From Rhizodiscina lignyota (lineage: Eukaryota): a stretch of 64,000 nucleotides of DNA. Of the stretch, positions 1 to 12,380 are shown piece by piece. The stretch's first letter is position 1. Each line of letters begins with the position of its first letter. Location of the stretch: the NCBI GenBank assembly GCA_010015805.1, contig ML978137.1, forward strand, positions 434,001 through 498,000. Reading direction: 5' to 3'. The position numbers were made by a program, and so were the translations under genes. The notes beneath the pieces were generated by a model, which saw only the letters and a list, made by a program, of their open reading frames with translations, did not search any database and was not told where the DNA came from.

Positions 1-819
1 GTGTGTTTGTCTCCGTTTCGGCGGCTCGTATTCCGGGTCGAACATCTCCTCATCAGTAGCCGTTGAGAATCTTGAGTTCTTTCGCTGACGACTGCTCGGC
101 GCGGGCTGGATACCCAGCAATGTGAGCCGGCGCTCTCTAACCCGGTCCATGGCCGCCATGAAGACTTCCCAGAATTCGTCATCATTGCCACTGTCTTTGA
201 CCCCGGCTACGAAGACATAAGTATAGTTTTTCAACAAGTCCTCCAACAACGGCTCGGGGTACGGTTCGCGGTCGAGCGCTTCATAGTATTGCCTGCTTCT
301 GATAATGCAGTCTGCTAACCGGTACACCGCCTTCGGAGAAGACTCCTCCTTCTGGAAGTCACACACCTGGACGACGTTCCTGCCGTGGCCCAATATCCTC
401 TCGTTCCAGATCCTCACGCCCTCTGGCCAATCCGACTCGAGCAGCTCCTCTACAACCACCCTATCGCACCACCCTTCGATCGATGCTCGGTGCATGAACT
501 GAGTCTGGATCTGCGCAAACGCGGGGATGAAGCCGACTGCATTTGCGCCGAGCATGTATCTCTGAAGTGCGCCATCTTTGGGAGGCGGGCGTATCGGGAG
601 CGGCCAGGACTTTGTCTCGCCCGTAAGCCAGCGACGGGTTAGTTGGTGATAGTCGTAATATGACTTTGGTGTGTGCTCAGAAGGCTCTTTTAGCTTTCTG
701 GCGGCATCGGTGAAGATGCCTTCGATTTCGGCGCGGAAGGGGAGGTATGATTTCCATTGTGAGTACCATTTTGGTCGTGTGGAAGTTGAACTTGGCCCAG
801 GAGCTGGATCCGATGCCAT
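1..819 (-). CDS. Hypothetical protein, paralog of 1149..1793 (3' end runs off the window)
   Basis: Missing from the ORF track because it has no stop in the window. ATG at 819 opens a frame to position 1: MASDPAPGPSSTSTRPKWYSQWKSYLPFRAEIEG...HRASIEGWC...WPEGV...PKAV...DLLKNYTYVFV...EFWEVF. It aligns motif by motif with the neighbouring ORF. Confidence 0.8.
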   Translation of the reverse strand, partial: MASDPAPGPSSTSTRPKWYSQWKSYLPFRAEIEGIFTDAARKLKEPSEHTPKSYYDYHQLTRRWLTGETKSWPLPIRPPPKDGALQRYMLGANAVGFIPAFAQIQTQFMHRASIEGWCDRVVVEELLESDWPEGVRIWNERILGHGRNVVQVCDFQKEESSPKAVYRLADCIIRSRQYYEALDREPYPEPLLEDLLKNYTYVFVAGVKDSGNDDEFWEVFMAAMDRVRERRLTLLGIQPAPSSRQRKNSRFSTATDEEMFDPEYEPPKRRQTH

Positions 820-1148
820 GATTGCTACTCTGCGGCGGTTGCAATTCTCTGGGTGGTTATCGAAACTGTCGAAAATCCAATGCAATATTTTCAACGGGAA
901 GCCAGTAGATTTTATCTCTTTTGTATTGAATTTCTACCTCTTCATTCCCAAAGTCTATCATCATATTTATGGCGTAACGTAGCATGCTCATGACCCAATG
1001 TAAAACCAGTGTGACAGAAACATTTCTAGGAAACGTTAGGTTGGCGCGTGGAAACCATCGGCAATTGGAAGCAACATGTCATTGAGTTATGATTCCGTAG
1101 TACAATCGGGCCCAGTCGCGCTTAGTGTTCTATCTGTGAAGGAAATGG

Positions 1149-1793
1149 TTACGCATGCAGGTGATTGCCGGCAGGTTGCACAGCCCTTGTCTCTCCCAAC
1201 ACTCTCCGAAAAGTTTGCCAGAACTGTTGATTGTGCTCCTCATCTGTAGGGCCGAAAATGAATACGTAAACGCAATGCTTCAAGAGGTCATCCACAAGAG
1301 CGTCGTAATAAAGATCGATCCCCTTAGACTCGCGCACAATCTTGATGTGCCCATCCCAATACATGCATACGGCCTTCGGATTGTTCTGCGAAAGGTCCAA
1401 CACCTTCACGCCTTCTGGCCATGCTGCCGCCTCTAACTTCTTAAGCAGTTCTGAAGAGCACCACCCTTCGATAGAGGCTCTGCCTAATAGTGACGCAGCA
1501 GGCATGTAAAACGTTGTGATGAACGAAGCATCAAGAGCTTCAAGAAGGATTGGAGCCATTCCTTCATCGTACACGGGGTGTGAGAGTATGTTGATCGGGA
1601 ACATCTTCACTTCCTGCCTGAGCCAGCTCCGCATGGCATCCGCAAATGCTTTTATCGTTGTTGGACCTTGCGCATCTCCTTTGCTGTTTTGGCCGAAGTA
1701 AGCCTGGTTCTTTCTATACCCTTCTAATTCCCGCCTGAACGGAAGGTGAGATCTCCATTCTTGATACCACGCTGGATGATTTTGCTTGGACAT
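1149..1793 (-). CDS. Hypothetical protein (orphan family, tandem copy)
   Basis: Intronless 214-aa ATG ORF. It shares WYxxW(R/K)SxLPFRxE(L/I)EG, RASIEGWC, WPEGV, PKAV, DLLK and FWxxF with the 1..819 frame. Confidence 0.8.
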   Translation of the reverse strand: MSKQNHPAWYQEWRSHLPFRRELEGYRKNQAYFGQNSKGDAQGPTTIKAFADAMRSWLRQEVKMFPINILSHPVYDEGMAPILLEALDASFITTFYMPAASLLGRASIEGWCSSELLKKLEAAAWPEGVKVLDLSQNNPKAVCMYWDGHIKIVRESKGIDLYYDALVDDLLKHCVYVFIFGPTDEEHNQQFWQTFRRVLGETRAVQPAGNHLHA

Positions 1794-3633
1794 CGTTGTT
1801 AACGGGATGAACTGGGGATATGTGAATATTTGTGTTTGAGACTGAGGGGAACGGTGGCAGGAGAACTTGGTACGGTATCCTTGAGAGAAGGTTTTATATC
1901 GTACGAGATTTGCGTGTTATAGGGCAACACTTTCATGAGCCGTAAAACCAAAGTTCTAGAATAGACGTTATTGATGCCCGCGGAGTAGGCTAAACGACCG
2001 AAGGCACAATAAATCAAGGTAGTGATGAAGTTTGGAGGAGAAAGCATTTCTTAGCCGCATCATGGTTCTTGTAATGCCCAATGTTTGCGTTGTGCCTGAA
2101 CAATGTTCTTGTAGATAAGACATTCGTTTACAATGAGAGAATCCACAATACGTGTGGTTGGCATTAAGGAAGTTGCCTACGTATCAGTCATTGGGTTTGT
2201 ATCGATGATATCGACCAGGCTGCTACGACGTTCATTCATGTCTTAGGCACTTGTGAAGACTTCTCCCTTTCATCTACCGGTGCAGTGTTGTTGAGTCTAG
2301 ACACGGAGAACATTATTCGGTTTTGCCGGCTTGAATCGTGTAGTCTTTGCAGACTATCCGGCATCAATCGGTGAAAAGATAGAGATTATGGTTGTCCAAT
2401 ATCTCTCGATCTTAGAGCGGAAATAAGTGATATCAGCGTGTGCTTCCTGGTGCCGTTTCATTAGCGGTTCTGATATCGACATGGCGAGAGCAGGGAACCT
2501 TCGAGATTTCAAAGACTTTATCGACGTTTCTATGAGAAATCAAGTGACAACGTGCTCCTCGTCGCCTTTGATAGGGGCTAGTCCTTCGAAGTACATTGCG
2601 CGACCACAAAATGCCTTCTTGTCGTTGATCTGTTGATGTAACCGGTCTTCGCCCGTGTGCAGGTTTGTTCAAGCTCGTCTCGTCAGGCTGAAAATCAAGT
2701 TGGTACACATATCATACTCTACATGTTCGACTCGGTGCTCCTCTTGAAAGGCTCAGCGGTTTGCCACGAGCCTCTTTGCCCTTGGAGGCTGTAGTCTAAA
2801 GATCCCGATTCTATCATGTCGTGACTATTTTTGATGGCTGCATGGGGCCGTCCTGGCGTGGAAGGCCAGCGGGCGGTACACGAGTCATGTTCGCGGCCTT
2901 CCGGGATCGGCGTGGGAGTGGGATGTGGTGGAAATGAACGTTCCAGCTGCCAAGGCCTCCTTCTCTTCTATCAACCTACGCATCCTCATCTCTCCTTACC
3001 CCCGCTCGTACAACTTCATGTCGATCAAAATGTCACGAAACATCTCTCGCGTGGCATGACAAAGATCCATTTGTGGCCATTTCATTGTCGGCCGTTGTTT
3101 CGAACCCCTCTCAAGCCCTCATGCAGCCTCGTGGTCTTGTAGACTTGGGGGCCATGAAATTGCGAGGTGCAGTCGTGGCTGAGTACCTACATGAACTTTC
3201 CTAAACGTGGAGTATTTTGAAATTCCTAAGGTGAACTTCGCCTCTTCAAACTGCGTCTGGGATAGGTTCTCTCGACGCCACAAGTGCTACTGTTGCTCTA
3301 TGATCCTGCAATGCCTCATGTACTCTGCAGTAGGATCTGATTTGAATCCATGCACCCTGCGAGCTTTCACTCAGCTTTCGTACTGCACATGAGGCAGACC
3401 TCCAAATTGCCAGAACTGAGTTTGACCTTCCAAATTTACTCATCTAGATGCTTTTTACCGTTGAGATGGTAAGGCTGTCGCTAGTATGATTGCCTCTTTC
3501 GTGAATTGCAGAGTATATATTCGTCTCAGTGAACGAACCTTCATGGCTCGCAGTGAACTGAGCATAACTACGTACATATATTCTACTTCATTCCTTTCTT
3601 TGTCTGGAGAATCATTAGTTTGACTGTCTCAAA

Positions 3634-5355
3634 ATGTCATTCGTTACTGTGCTTACTTTTCGTCTTCTCGCCCTATTTGTCGGAATCAGTCATGCGTTGG
3701 AACTGCAGCCTATCCGTCAAGGGATAGGACACAACGATAAACATCATTCATTTGACAAACGCGACTTTTCGGCGCTTGACCTTTCCAGCGCAGAGACATT
3801 CCTGTGGGGTGCTCCTGGTATGATCCCGTAAATTATATTTTACTGTTTGTTTGTCTAATTGGAGATCTAGGTCAATCCGAAACGACTATCGCCAACTTGA
3901 CCGTTTTCATGCCTGGTGACAATGAGAACATTCTTTCTCTGGAGAAACTCAATAGCGTCCTGACTGCGGTCCACTGTTACCCAAGCGAACTGGCCCTCGG
4001 TTTCGAGAGCGATTCATCCTTTGCATACGCCAAAGGCGTATGGGACTGGGTCAATGGAGCGGACAACCACACATTCCTTCTTGTTGCCGGAGCAGGCGAC
4101 TGTGGCAGAAACTCGCGCAGAATTCCTTATCAAGTCTCTTCAATCAGCTACGACGAAGCAAGGAATGTCGCCCACCTTCATGGCACTGAAGGCTCGTGGA
4201 AAGATCTCGCGCATACATATGAGATGCACGTTGGTCGTGTTCCAATGTCCGACAGTTTCAACGTGACGAAGCGGGACTACACGAAGGATGAAACGATGGA
4301 CCTGAACCATGACCTCTCATTCCAGACGACCGTTAGTACCGGACCACTGTCCGGAACCCTCGTTTGCAATCCTTGTGGCACTACTGGTACTATGGATTTT
4401 GATTTCACCATTAAAACAACACTTCTTATTCCAACCGACGTGCAGCTGCAAATGCAACTTCAGGGTGTCTCGGCATACGCAAGCATCAAACTGACTGCCA
4501 CTAGCAACTTTGGTACGAAGATCCCAGTATTCAGGAAGTCGCTGTTCAAGATTCCATTGGATGGTATTAGTATTCCGGAAATTCTCACCTTTGGCCCGGC
4601 CATTGACATTCAAGTCGGGGCCGACTTTACACCTTTCGAGGGTAGCATCTCTTTACTTACTGGTGCCACGGCAACTATCCCAGACGACTCTTTTGTGCAA
4701 GTGGATTTACTTGATCCATCTAACGACCAAGGGTCTGGCTGGAGCCCCAGCATATCGACACAAGATACCACAATCCAGGCGCAGGCGGACATGGATCTAA
4801 AGGCTTTCTTCATGCCATCTCTCGAGCTGGAGGCAGAGGTCCTAGGTAGGCTGCTAACTGATCTTCACGAGTTTGCAGACCTGCGCTGACATTGAACTCT
4901 AGGCATCGGTCTTGAGACTGGCCTGCAGTTCCAGATGCCGTACGTCGATGTGAAAGCAGCTGTCATTGACTGTAAGTTACACAGGCCATTGTATAGACGT
5001 ATTCCTGCTAACACTGTCATCAGCGCCTGGTGGCGGCGCCTGTTCACTCGGCGATTCATATCAAGCAGCTCTCAAGGTCACTCCTACTTGGGGGTTTGCC
5101 ATCAAGTTCAATGCAGGCACTGTCAGCGGTGTTGGGCCGATTGATATCACGCTCGGAAATGCAGCATGGCCAATTGGCAATCCTTTGTGCTACGGATTCG
5201 ACCCTGTCAGTTCCAGTCCAACGACAATGGTGACATCGGTTGTTTCTACTTCTCCCTCGCCCACTGGCGCCGGGCCGTCACCGTCGTCCGGCTTTAGCTC
5301 GGTACCATTCTCAAACTCTACTGTACAAAGACGAGAGATGAGAGTACGATCTTAA
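3634..5355 (+). CDS. Secreted beta-rich fungal protein of unknown function (4 exons)
   Basis: Signal peptide MSFVTVLTFRLLALFVGISHA and Kex2-like KR sites. GT-AG introns at 3818-3870, 4846-4902 and 4972-5023 join the ORF fragments in frame. Ser/Thr/Pro-rich tail. Confidence 0.8.
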
Positions 5356-6016
5356 AGTTTATGCGGTTACCTGTTTCTCTTTACTTTCTGGCGTCCAAGA
5401 GGGTCTTTTAATCGCATTGCACGCTTCAGTGCACAAAAGGCTAGGGCAACATCGGAGTACAAATGGTTGAACTCGGATCTATTTCACACGCGTCAGCCTT
5501 GCTAGATCTAGATTTATCGTTTATCGGAATGGGAATAAAAGGCAAAAGCCCAAGATCTGTGCGGCGATCATTCCATGTGAGACTGAATCCTACATATCCG
5601 TCTCACGGGTATGGTGGTAGCACGGATACTGTAGCTGACTACTCTTGCACCCGGCATACCATTATGGCCGTGACAGCTGAATCAGCCGCTATGAGGTGCA
5701 GTGCTCACCGGGACGTCGGCATTGATATGAATTAAATCCACGGTGTAATAGGGAAAATGCAACTAGATACATCAGGCTTGGCCTTCTCCAATTGCAGAGC
5801 TGCACTCGGCGTCGGAGGAGCCGACCTCGGCAAAAGTGCAGCGGTTGGTGACTTTGAGCGGAAAGCACGCAGCCTTCCTTCGTGAGCCTCCAGAGAAATT
5901 TCTTTTCGTTTGTCCTTCAAGCATTCTTTTATAGGAACGCAACCATTCCTCTAGACATTTGACGTCTTGGCTGTACCCCGAGCTTCCTCAGCTCATCAAG
6001 CACAACCAGCAAGCCA

Positions 6017-8147
6017 ATGGCTCTTGGTACGATTGCCCCGCGCGCCACATGGCTTCCCTCCACATTCCCCAGATAAGGCGAAACTGACAGCTCCTTAGCA
6101 ACGTCTGCGGTTGCTGGCGGCGCCGCCATTGCTGCGTACTTGAATGCCAAATATCACATCGCACAAGACGTCAGCGGCATACGGCGAGTAAAGCGTTCTG
6201 AGAGGGAATACCAAAAACGCTGTGGGTTTCCGTCTCTTTGAATTCCATCCTCGGCCTCGTGACGGAATTGGCGCCACGAGTCATGTCATTTTTCCCGGTC
6301 TTTCTCGGGCCAATTGCTGATTCTCCACAGTAAAAGAAAACCGCATTTCGCCCTGGTACATTTTCGCCGAAAGTGCAAAGAAATACCCATCGAACCGTGC
6401 AATCTGGTCACGCGCTGGCTGCTACACGTACGCCGAGCTGCACGACCAGTGTGCGAGGTACGCGCAATGGCTGCTCGAGCAGGGAATCGAGCCGGGCGAT
6501 CTGGTCGGCATGTATCTATACAACAGCCCTGAATTCATTATGCTTTGGTTCGCCATGCTATGCATCGGAGCTGCGCCTGCTTTCCTAAATTACAACTTAG
6601 AAGGCAGAGCGTTGTCTCACTGTCTGGAAGTCTGTGAGACTAAATTGATCATTGTTGAAGACGAGGAAGGCTGCAAGAGGAGGGTTGATGGTATCAAAGC
6701 AGAGCTTGAAGGCAAAGGGACAAGAATTGCCATACTAGACAAGAAGTTGAAGGCCGAGATTGCATCACGACCCGCCATTGTTCCTGGAGATGAGTACCGG
6801 GCAGGTGTAAAGCCAACCTTCCCGTATTCCTTGATCTACACTTCGTAAGTCCCGCCCTCTCATGTCAGAAATTTTATCATGTTAATATGCAGTAGCGGAA
6901 CAACTGGTTTACCAAAGGGCTGTCCGTTTACCACCTCTCGTTTGAACCTTCTCGGCACCCATATAAAACGGCAGTTCGAAGACAAGCCGGGCGTCGACTG
7001 CTGGTACTGTCCTATGCCTCTTTACCACGGTACTGGTGCTATAACATCTTCTTGTGCGCTTATTTCTGGTATTGGGATCGCCATAGCGCCTCGTTTCTCT
7101 GTCTCTGGATTTTGGCCCGACATTCACGACTCTGGTGCTACATGGTTCATCTACGTTGGCGAAACCGCACGATACTTGCTCAATGCCCCTCCTCACCCTC
7201 TTGAGCGAGCACACAAGCTACGCGGTGCGTACGGAAACGGCTTGAGGCCCGACATATGGCAAAAATTCCAAGAGCGCTTCAATGTCCCGGAGATTGGAGA
7301 GTTTTTCAATAGCTCTGAAGGCATGTTCTCATTAATCAATTGGGATAGGGGTCCGTACAGAGCGCAGTGTGTTGGCCAGCATGGTCTGATCTGGAGGGCT
7401 ATGCTGTACAACACCTACATCCCACTCAAGATTGACCACGATACTGGCGACATTTGGCGGGATCCGAAGACAGGTTTCGCGAAACGGATGCCATACGAAG
7501 AGGGTGGCGAGATCGTCGTCAAGGTACCTAATAAAGCTGCATTCGGAGGATACTGGCGAAATGCATCGGCTACGAATAAGAAGTTCGCCCAAGACGTGTT
7601 TGTGAAGGGCGACTTGTACTACAGGACAGGAGATGCTCTGAAACGGAGTAGCGATGGGAAGTGGTTCTTCATGGATAGACTTGGGGACACATTCAGGTGG
7701 AAGTCCGAGAACGTGTCCACAGCTGAGGTATCTGAATGCATTGGCAGATTCCCGGGAGTCGCCGAGGCGAACGTCTACGGAGTACTAGTACCGAACCATG
7801 AAGGAAGAGCTGGTTGTGCGGCACTCCATATTGAAGAAGCCACATTCCCAAAGACTGCTGCCGGAACGCCGGACTACGACGCGCTGCTCCGCTATACACA
7901 AGAACGGCTGCCGCGTTATGCCGTACCTGTTTTCTTGAGGGTAGTGAAGACGAGCACCCATATTCATAATCACAAGCAGAACAAAGTACCTCTGCGGAAA
8001 GAAGGAGTGGACCCGAAACTCATTGGCACAGAGGTGCCTTCTGGAAAGGAGGACATTTTCCTCTGGCATCGACCCGGGAGCTCGACATTCGAGCCGTTTA
8101 TGGCGTCAGACTGGCAAAATCTCGAAACATCGAAAGCGAGATTGTGA
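6017..8147 (+). CDS. FAT1: Very-long-chain acyl-CoA synthetase / fatty acid transport protein (FATP/Fat1/CefD1 family)
   Basis: AMP-binding motif LIYTSGTTGLPKG spans an intron. FATP signature GDLYYRTGD...FMDRLGDTFRWKSENVST and YGVLVPNHEGRAG are present. Three introns; C-terminal ARL (PTS1). Confidence 0.9.
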
Positions 8148-8392
8148 TTTCGATTGGTCGAGGATACCTTTAGAAGAGGTAAGGAGCATCTGATCAGTAA
8201 TAGATGGCGCTATGGGAGAAGAATCTGCATCTATGATTTTCAGCACAGAGTGGTACAGTCTCTGAGATGTCGAAGCTGGATATTCAAATTTTCTGCACAT
8301 CTTGGAAACTGCACAAGTAGCCCAAGCAAGAGATATAAAGAACCCTTGGCTTAGTTTAAGTACAGAATTTGTGCTACGAACATGCCAGAATC

Positions 8393-11109
8393 TTACAAGT
8401 CTAGCACAAAATGCCCCGGACTTGGCGGCAGCTCCTCGGTATCCCATCCGGCCGGCTCGCTCCCAAGCACAAACTCCAACGATCCTCCATCTTTCAGATC
8501 GTCATGGCTCAACCAACTCTTATCCCATTTCTTCCCATTCACCTTCAAACTCTGCACGTAAAAGCTATCCTCACCCAACCCCTTTGCCGTAACAGTAAGC
8601 ACCTTCCCCTCCAGCCCAACTCTCATCTCATACCTTTCGAACATCGGCGCAAGGATGAGGTACACGGGTTGCGTAGCGACAGGATACAGACCTACCATCT
8701 GCCAAACGAGCCATGAATCCAAGGCGCCACCATCAGAGTTACCGGGGAGCCCAGAGGGTCCGTCATTGTAGTACTGGTCCACAATCTGGCGGCTGCGGAG
8801 GACGGACTTGTGCTGCCGTTGGGGCAGGTAGTTGTACAGGAAAGGGGTAGCAAAACTTGGTTCGTTTCCCTATGAGGAAGTTTGTTAGCCGCACTGTTGT
8901 GATTCTTGGAAAAGCTTCAGAAAATGATTAATGAATCATGCAATGCTTACGGGGTTAAAGAGCGTGCTTTGTCCAGCGCCGTTAGAGCCCGCTTCTCCGA
9001 CTCCACTGCCTGCAGCTCCAGGCAAAAACATGGTATCCAGACGGGCTTCCGTAGTGTTTGGCCCACCCATGAATGCAACCAGCGTCTGCATGTCATGCGG
9101 TACAGTCCAGCTGTACTCCCACCCGAGAGCCTCGTACGTATATCCGTTAGTTTCGCAGAATCCGGGACATATAGCCGGGTTGTAATCGTGATCCCGAGTG
9201 CCATTGGCCCACAGAGGCGCGACAAACCCGGTAAAGTTCAAACTTTTCAGCTTCGGGTCCCATTGGTGTTGCCAGCCTGCGGATCTCTTGAGGTATTTGT
9301 GATAATCGCCTGGAGCAATCTCCTTCGCAACTTGCGAGAGAGAGAAATCGTTCAGAGAGTATTCAATTGTTTTACTAATGCTGAGGTCATAGTTCGGAGT
9401 GAGGAAACCGTACTTGAGCCAATCCGGCAGAGCACCACGACCTTCCATTGTACTGCTTAGTGGAGACCCAGTGTCCCAGTTATTCCAAGGTGTTAGCTCA
9501 GCATTAGTCTTCATGGCCATGTATCCATCAGTCCAGTTAATGCCACCTTGCAGGCCCTTGACGAAGGCGTCGGCAAGGACATTGTCTGAGTTGCTCCCGC
9601 CTTGAACCTGGCCGTTTGCGTTCCCTGACCGGCCGTCGGGCATAAACTGCTCATGGCGCCAAATATCTATTAAGGATCGCACCATACCAATGGAGCGGTC
9701 GGTGGATATCAGAGTCCATAGGCTATTTAAGCATCGAAATGTGTCCCAGAGAGTGTAGAAATCATCGTAAGACGGTTCGGAGGTCTCCCAGTTTGCATTT
9801 TCCCCGGTGCGGTCGGTTGGCATGAGGTGCGTATGGTAGAGCGCTGTGTAGAACATCCGGAGTCTCATCTTGTTTGAAGTGTCGCTAATAGATATCTTAG
9901 TCATGATATCCTCCCAACTGTTTTGTGCGCTTTCGACGGTTTTTGGGAAGTCCCAATGGGGTAATTCTTGGTCAATGTGGCGACAGGCGTTGTCAATTGA
10001 AACGAAAGAAATTCCAATTTTCGACTGGAGTGCTGTCACACTTGAGTCAAATGTGAATAGTGACCCAACTCTCTTGCCGTAATTGTAATATGGTGGCCCT
10101 CCACTTGCAGATGACTCGTTGCCGAATGTGGGTTCCGCATGGAGATCCGATGGGTAGAAAAAGTCTGTGTAAGGTCCCGTAAATGTTCTACTTGACGATG
10201 CCGGAGTGCTGAATCGACCACAGAAGTAGATCCGGTAGTTTGGAATATGACTAAAACCACCACGATAAATTCCAGAACCGGTATACTGCGAGCCATCGGG
10301 AGAGACCTGGATGTCGCCATTACTGTAGGCCTGAGCTTGATTATAACCACCAGGCAATGGAAGATAGTGAGATACATCGACAAGAATATGCTTTTCACTG
10401 CTGCGTGGGAACGAGTACTTCAGGAATCCAACATGGCTTGTTGCGGTGAGTTCTGTTTCAATGCCGTTCTTGAAAGTCGATCGGTAGTAGCCAACCTCTG
10501 CTTGGTCGTGCTGAGATCGTGGTTGAGCATACGTAAGATTGTCAACAACATTGACTCCATGGAGAGTGGCAAGTGGCATTTGCGCCACTACCCCATATAC
10601 CGGCCCTCCTCCAGTTCCAGACACATGTGTGAGCGAGAATGCGGCAACATCCCCATCAGGCAAGTATCCAGCATTAGCATTGATGCTAGTATTCTGTTGT
10701 AAAGGAAATGAATTAGTTAACCAGCAAAAGTTCAAGCAAAGATTTGGAAGAAATTGTCCGAGTGACTTAATCGCTCAGCGAATAGAACATATTATTATAC
10801 AGAAAAAGAACGAACGCAATTGGAACAGTAATTCCAAGGTGCAAGTAATGGCTTTCAAAAGTATACTTGGCTCGATCTGATACAAGTGTGATGCGTAATA
10901 ATAGAAAGAGTACTTACAGCCGAAGTCAGGTCAGGACCAATTTTGACCATGCCAAAAGGGACTGCGGCACCAGGAAACGTATTACCGCCGTTGAAGCCAG
11001 TGCCAGGCACTTCTCCTTCTGTTCCTATGAAAGGATCGACATAATTGATGAGTCGTGCAAGTGTAACTATTGCTTGAATGCTCAAGATGAGGAGGTGAGA
11101 ACGCCACAT
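8393..11109 (-). CDS. Secreted glycoside hydrolase family 92 (alpha-1,2-mannosidase-like)
   Basis: Signal peptide; YVDPFIGT, GNTFPGAAVPFGMVKIGPD, FSLTHVSGTGG, FYTLWDTFR, QGGSNSD, GNEP and GLPGNSDGGALDSW. Two introns, about 10699-10917 and about 8870-8950. Confidence 0.92.
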
Positions 11110-12380
11110 CTCGGCCGAACGCTAATTGGTCCAACTCCAACAAAACGCGCTTTGCGCTTCTTTAACTGTCATAACATCGTCCTTATTTCAATGGATGATA
11201 TCGTACACCGACTACGGATGCATCGGCTATATCGTATTTTAGCACAATGTAACTACCTCCGGGATGTAACTCTTATGCGGGGTTGTTCGGATATCTGCCT
11301 TAACCAACCCGAGTTTCGCTGTAGCACCATGCAAAAGCCTGCTTATGCAGGTGCCGTAAACTCGATTTCCGGTCCAGGAACATGATGATATATCTGTGTC
11401 TGGCGGTTTATTTTTTCGAGAACCGATTGGCTGTAGTCGTAACAATACTCTGGCAGCCACTAGGCATGCCGAAGACCCCAGTAAGACTGAATTTGAAATG
11501 TACGAAGACGATATCAACGGAATAGATGTGGAGACTTGAGAAGGAAATGTTGATGTGAAAATAAGTGTGCTTTCTAAGACAAATATGGCAGGAAAGCCCG
11601 ACTCTTAGTCGTATACGGAGAAGGATTATTGCCTGAGTTGACCGTGGAAGGACGACATGGACGACGTTCAAATGAGCATTTTCGACAAATGGGAGAGAAC
11701 AAGTACTCCTTTCCAAGATATCTGCTCAATCCATGGTCTCAGGGGAGGCTTTGATATGGGTGTGACCTCACTGTGTTTTGTCGTCTTAATGTCGTTCTGA
11801 TCGGTGGATACAAAATCATCTCATGATGACTAGGCATGATGAGACATGATTGTGGAAATGTATGGAAAGGGATTGACAGGTGGTGGGGTTTGTGGTCTTA
11901 GTTCACAGAGTCGAGCTGATTCCTGAGGCTTCTGCTCAGCTCAAACGCGGTGTTGGACGATGGCTAGAATCTGGGGGGACGTTCCTCGAAGTTAGCGATA
12001 CAAAAGAAAGCTAAGTTGCACGTATATGGCCAAGCTTCTCACCTTATCTTATACTCTATCCGAACCCATAGGTCTTGGACAGGTCGAGGATAACGAGACA
12101 TCGATCAACCTCAGCGGCGCCATGGTCGGCTGCGACTGCTACAGATGTGATGGCTGAGGCTGCTTGACATAGGAGCTCTTGCCGTGCGATATGAAAGCCC
12201 TTCAAGCTCTTCATTGGCTTGTACGAAGCATTTAAGCGTCAGGGTTGAAGTGAGTACGGAGTATGAATTCTCAAAACTTGAACGATGCCTGCTTATGTCA
12301 TCGATATACACAGTATACCGCATTTAGCATCAACCTCCTTCTTCCGCAACTTGAGTATTCCTCCACCCAGACATGCCTCC

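Noticed and set aside
11820..11926. Repeated ATGATGA with downstream CTGA as a C/D snoRNA
   Set aside because: No terminal stem or recognisable rRNA guide; the sequence is low-complexity.
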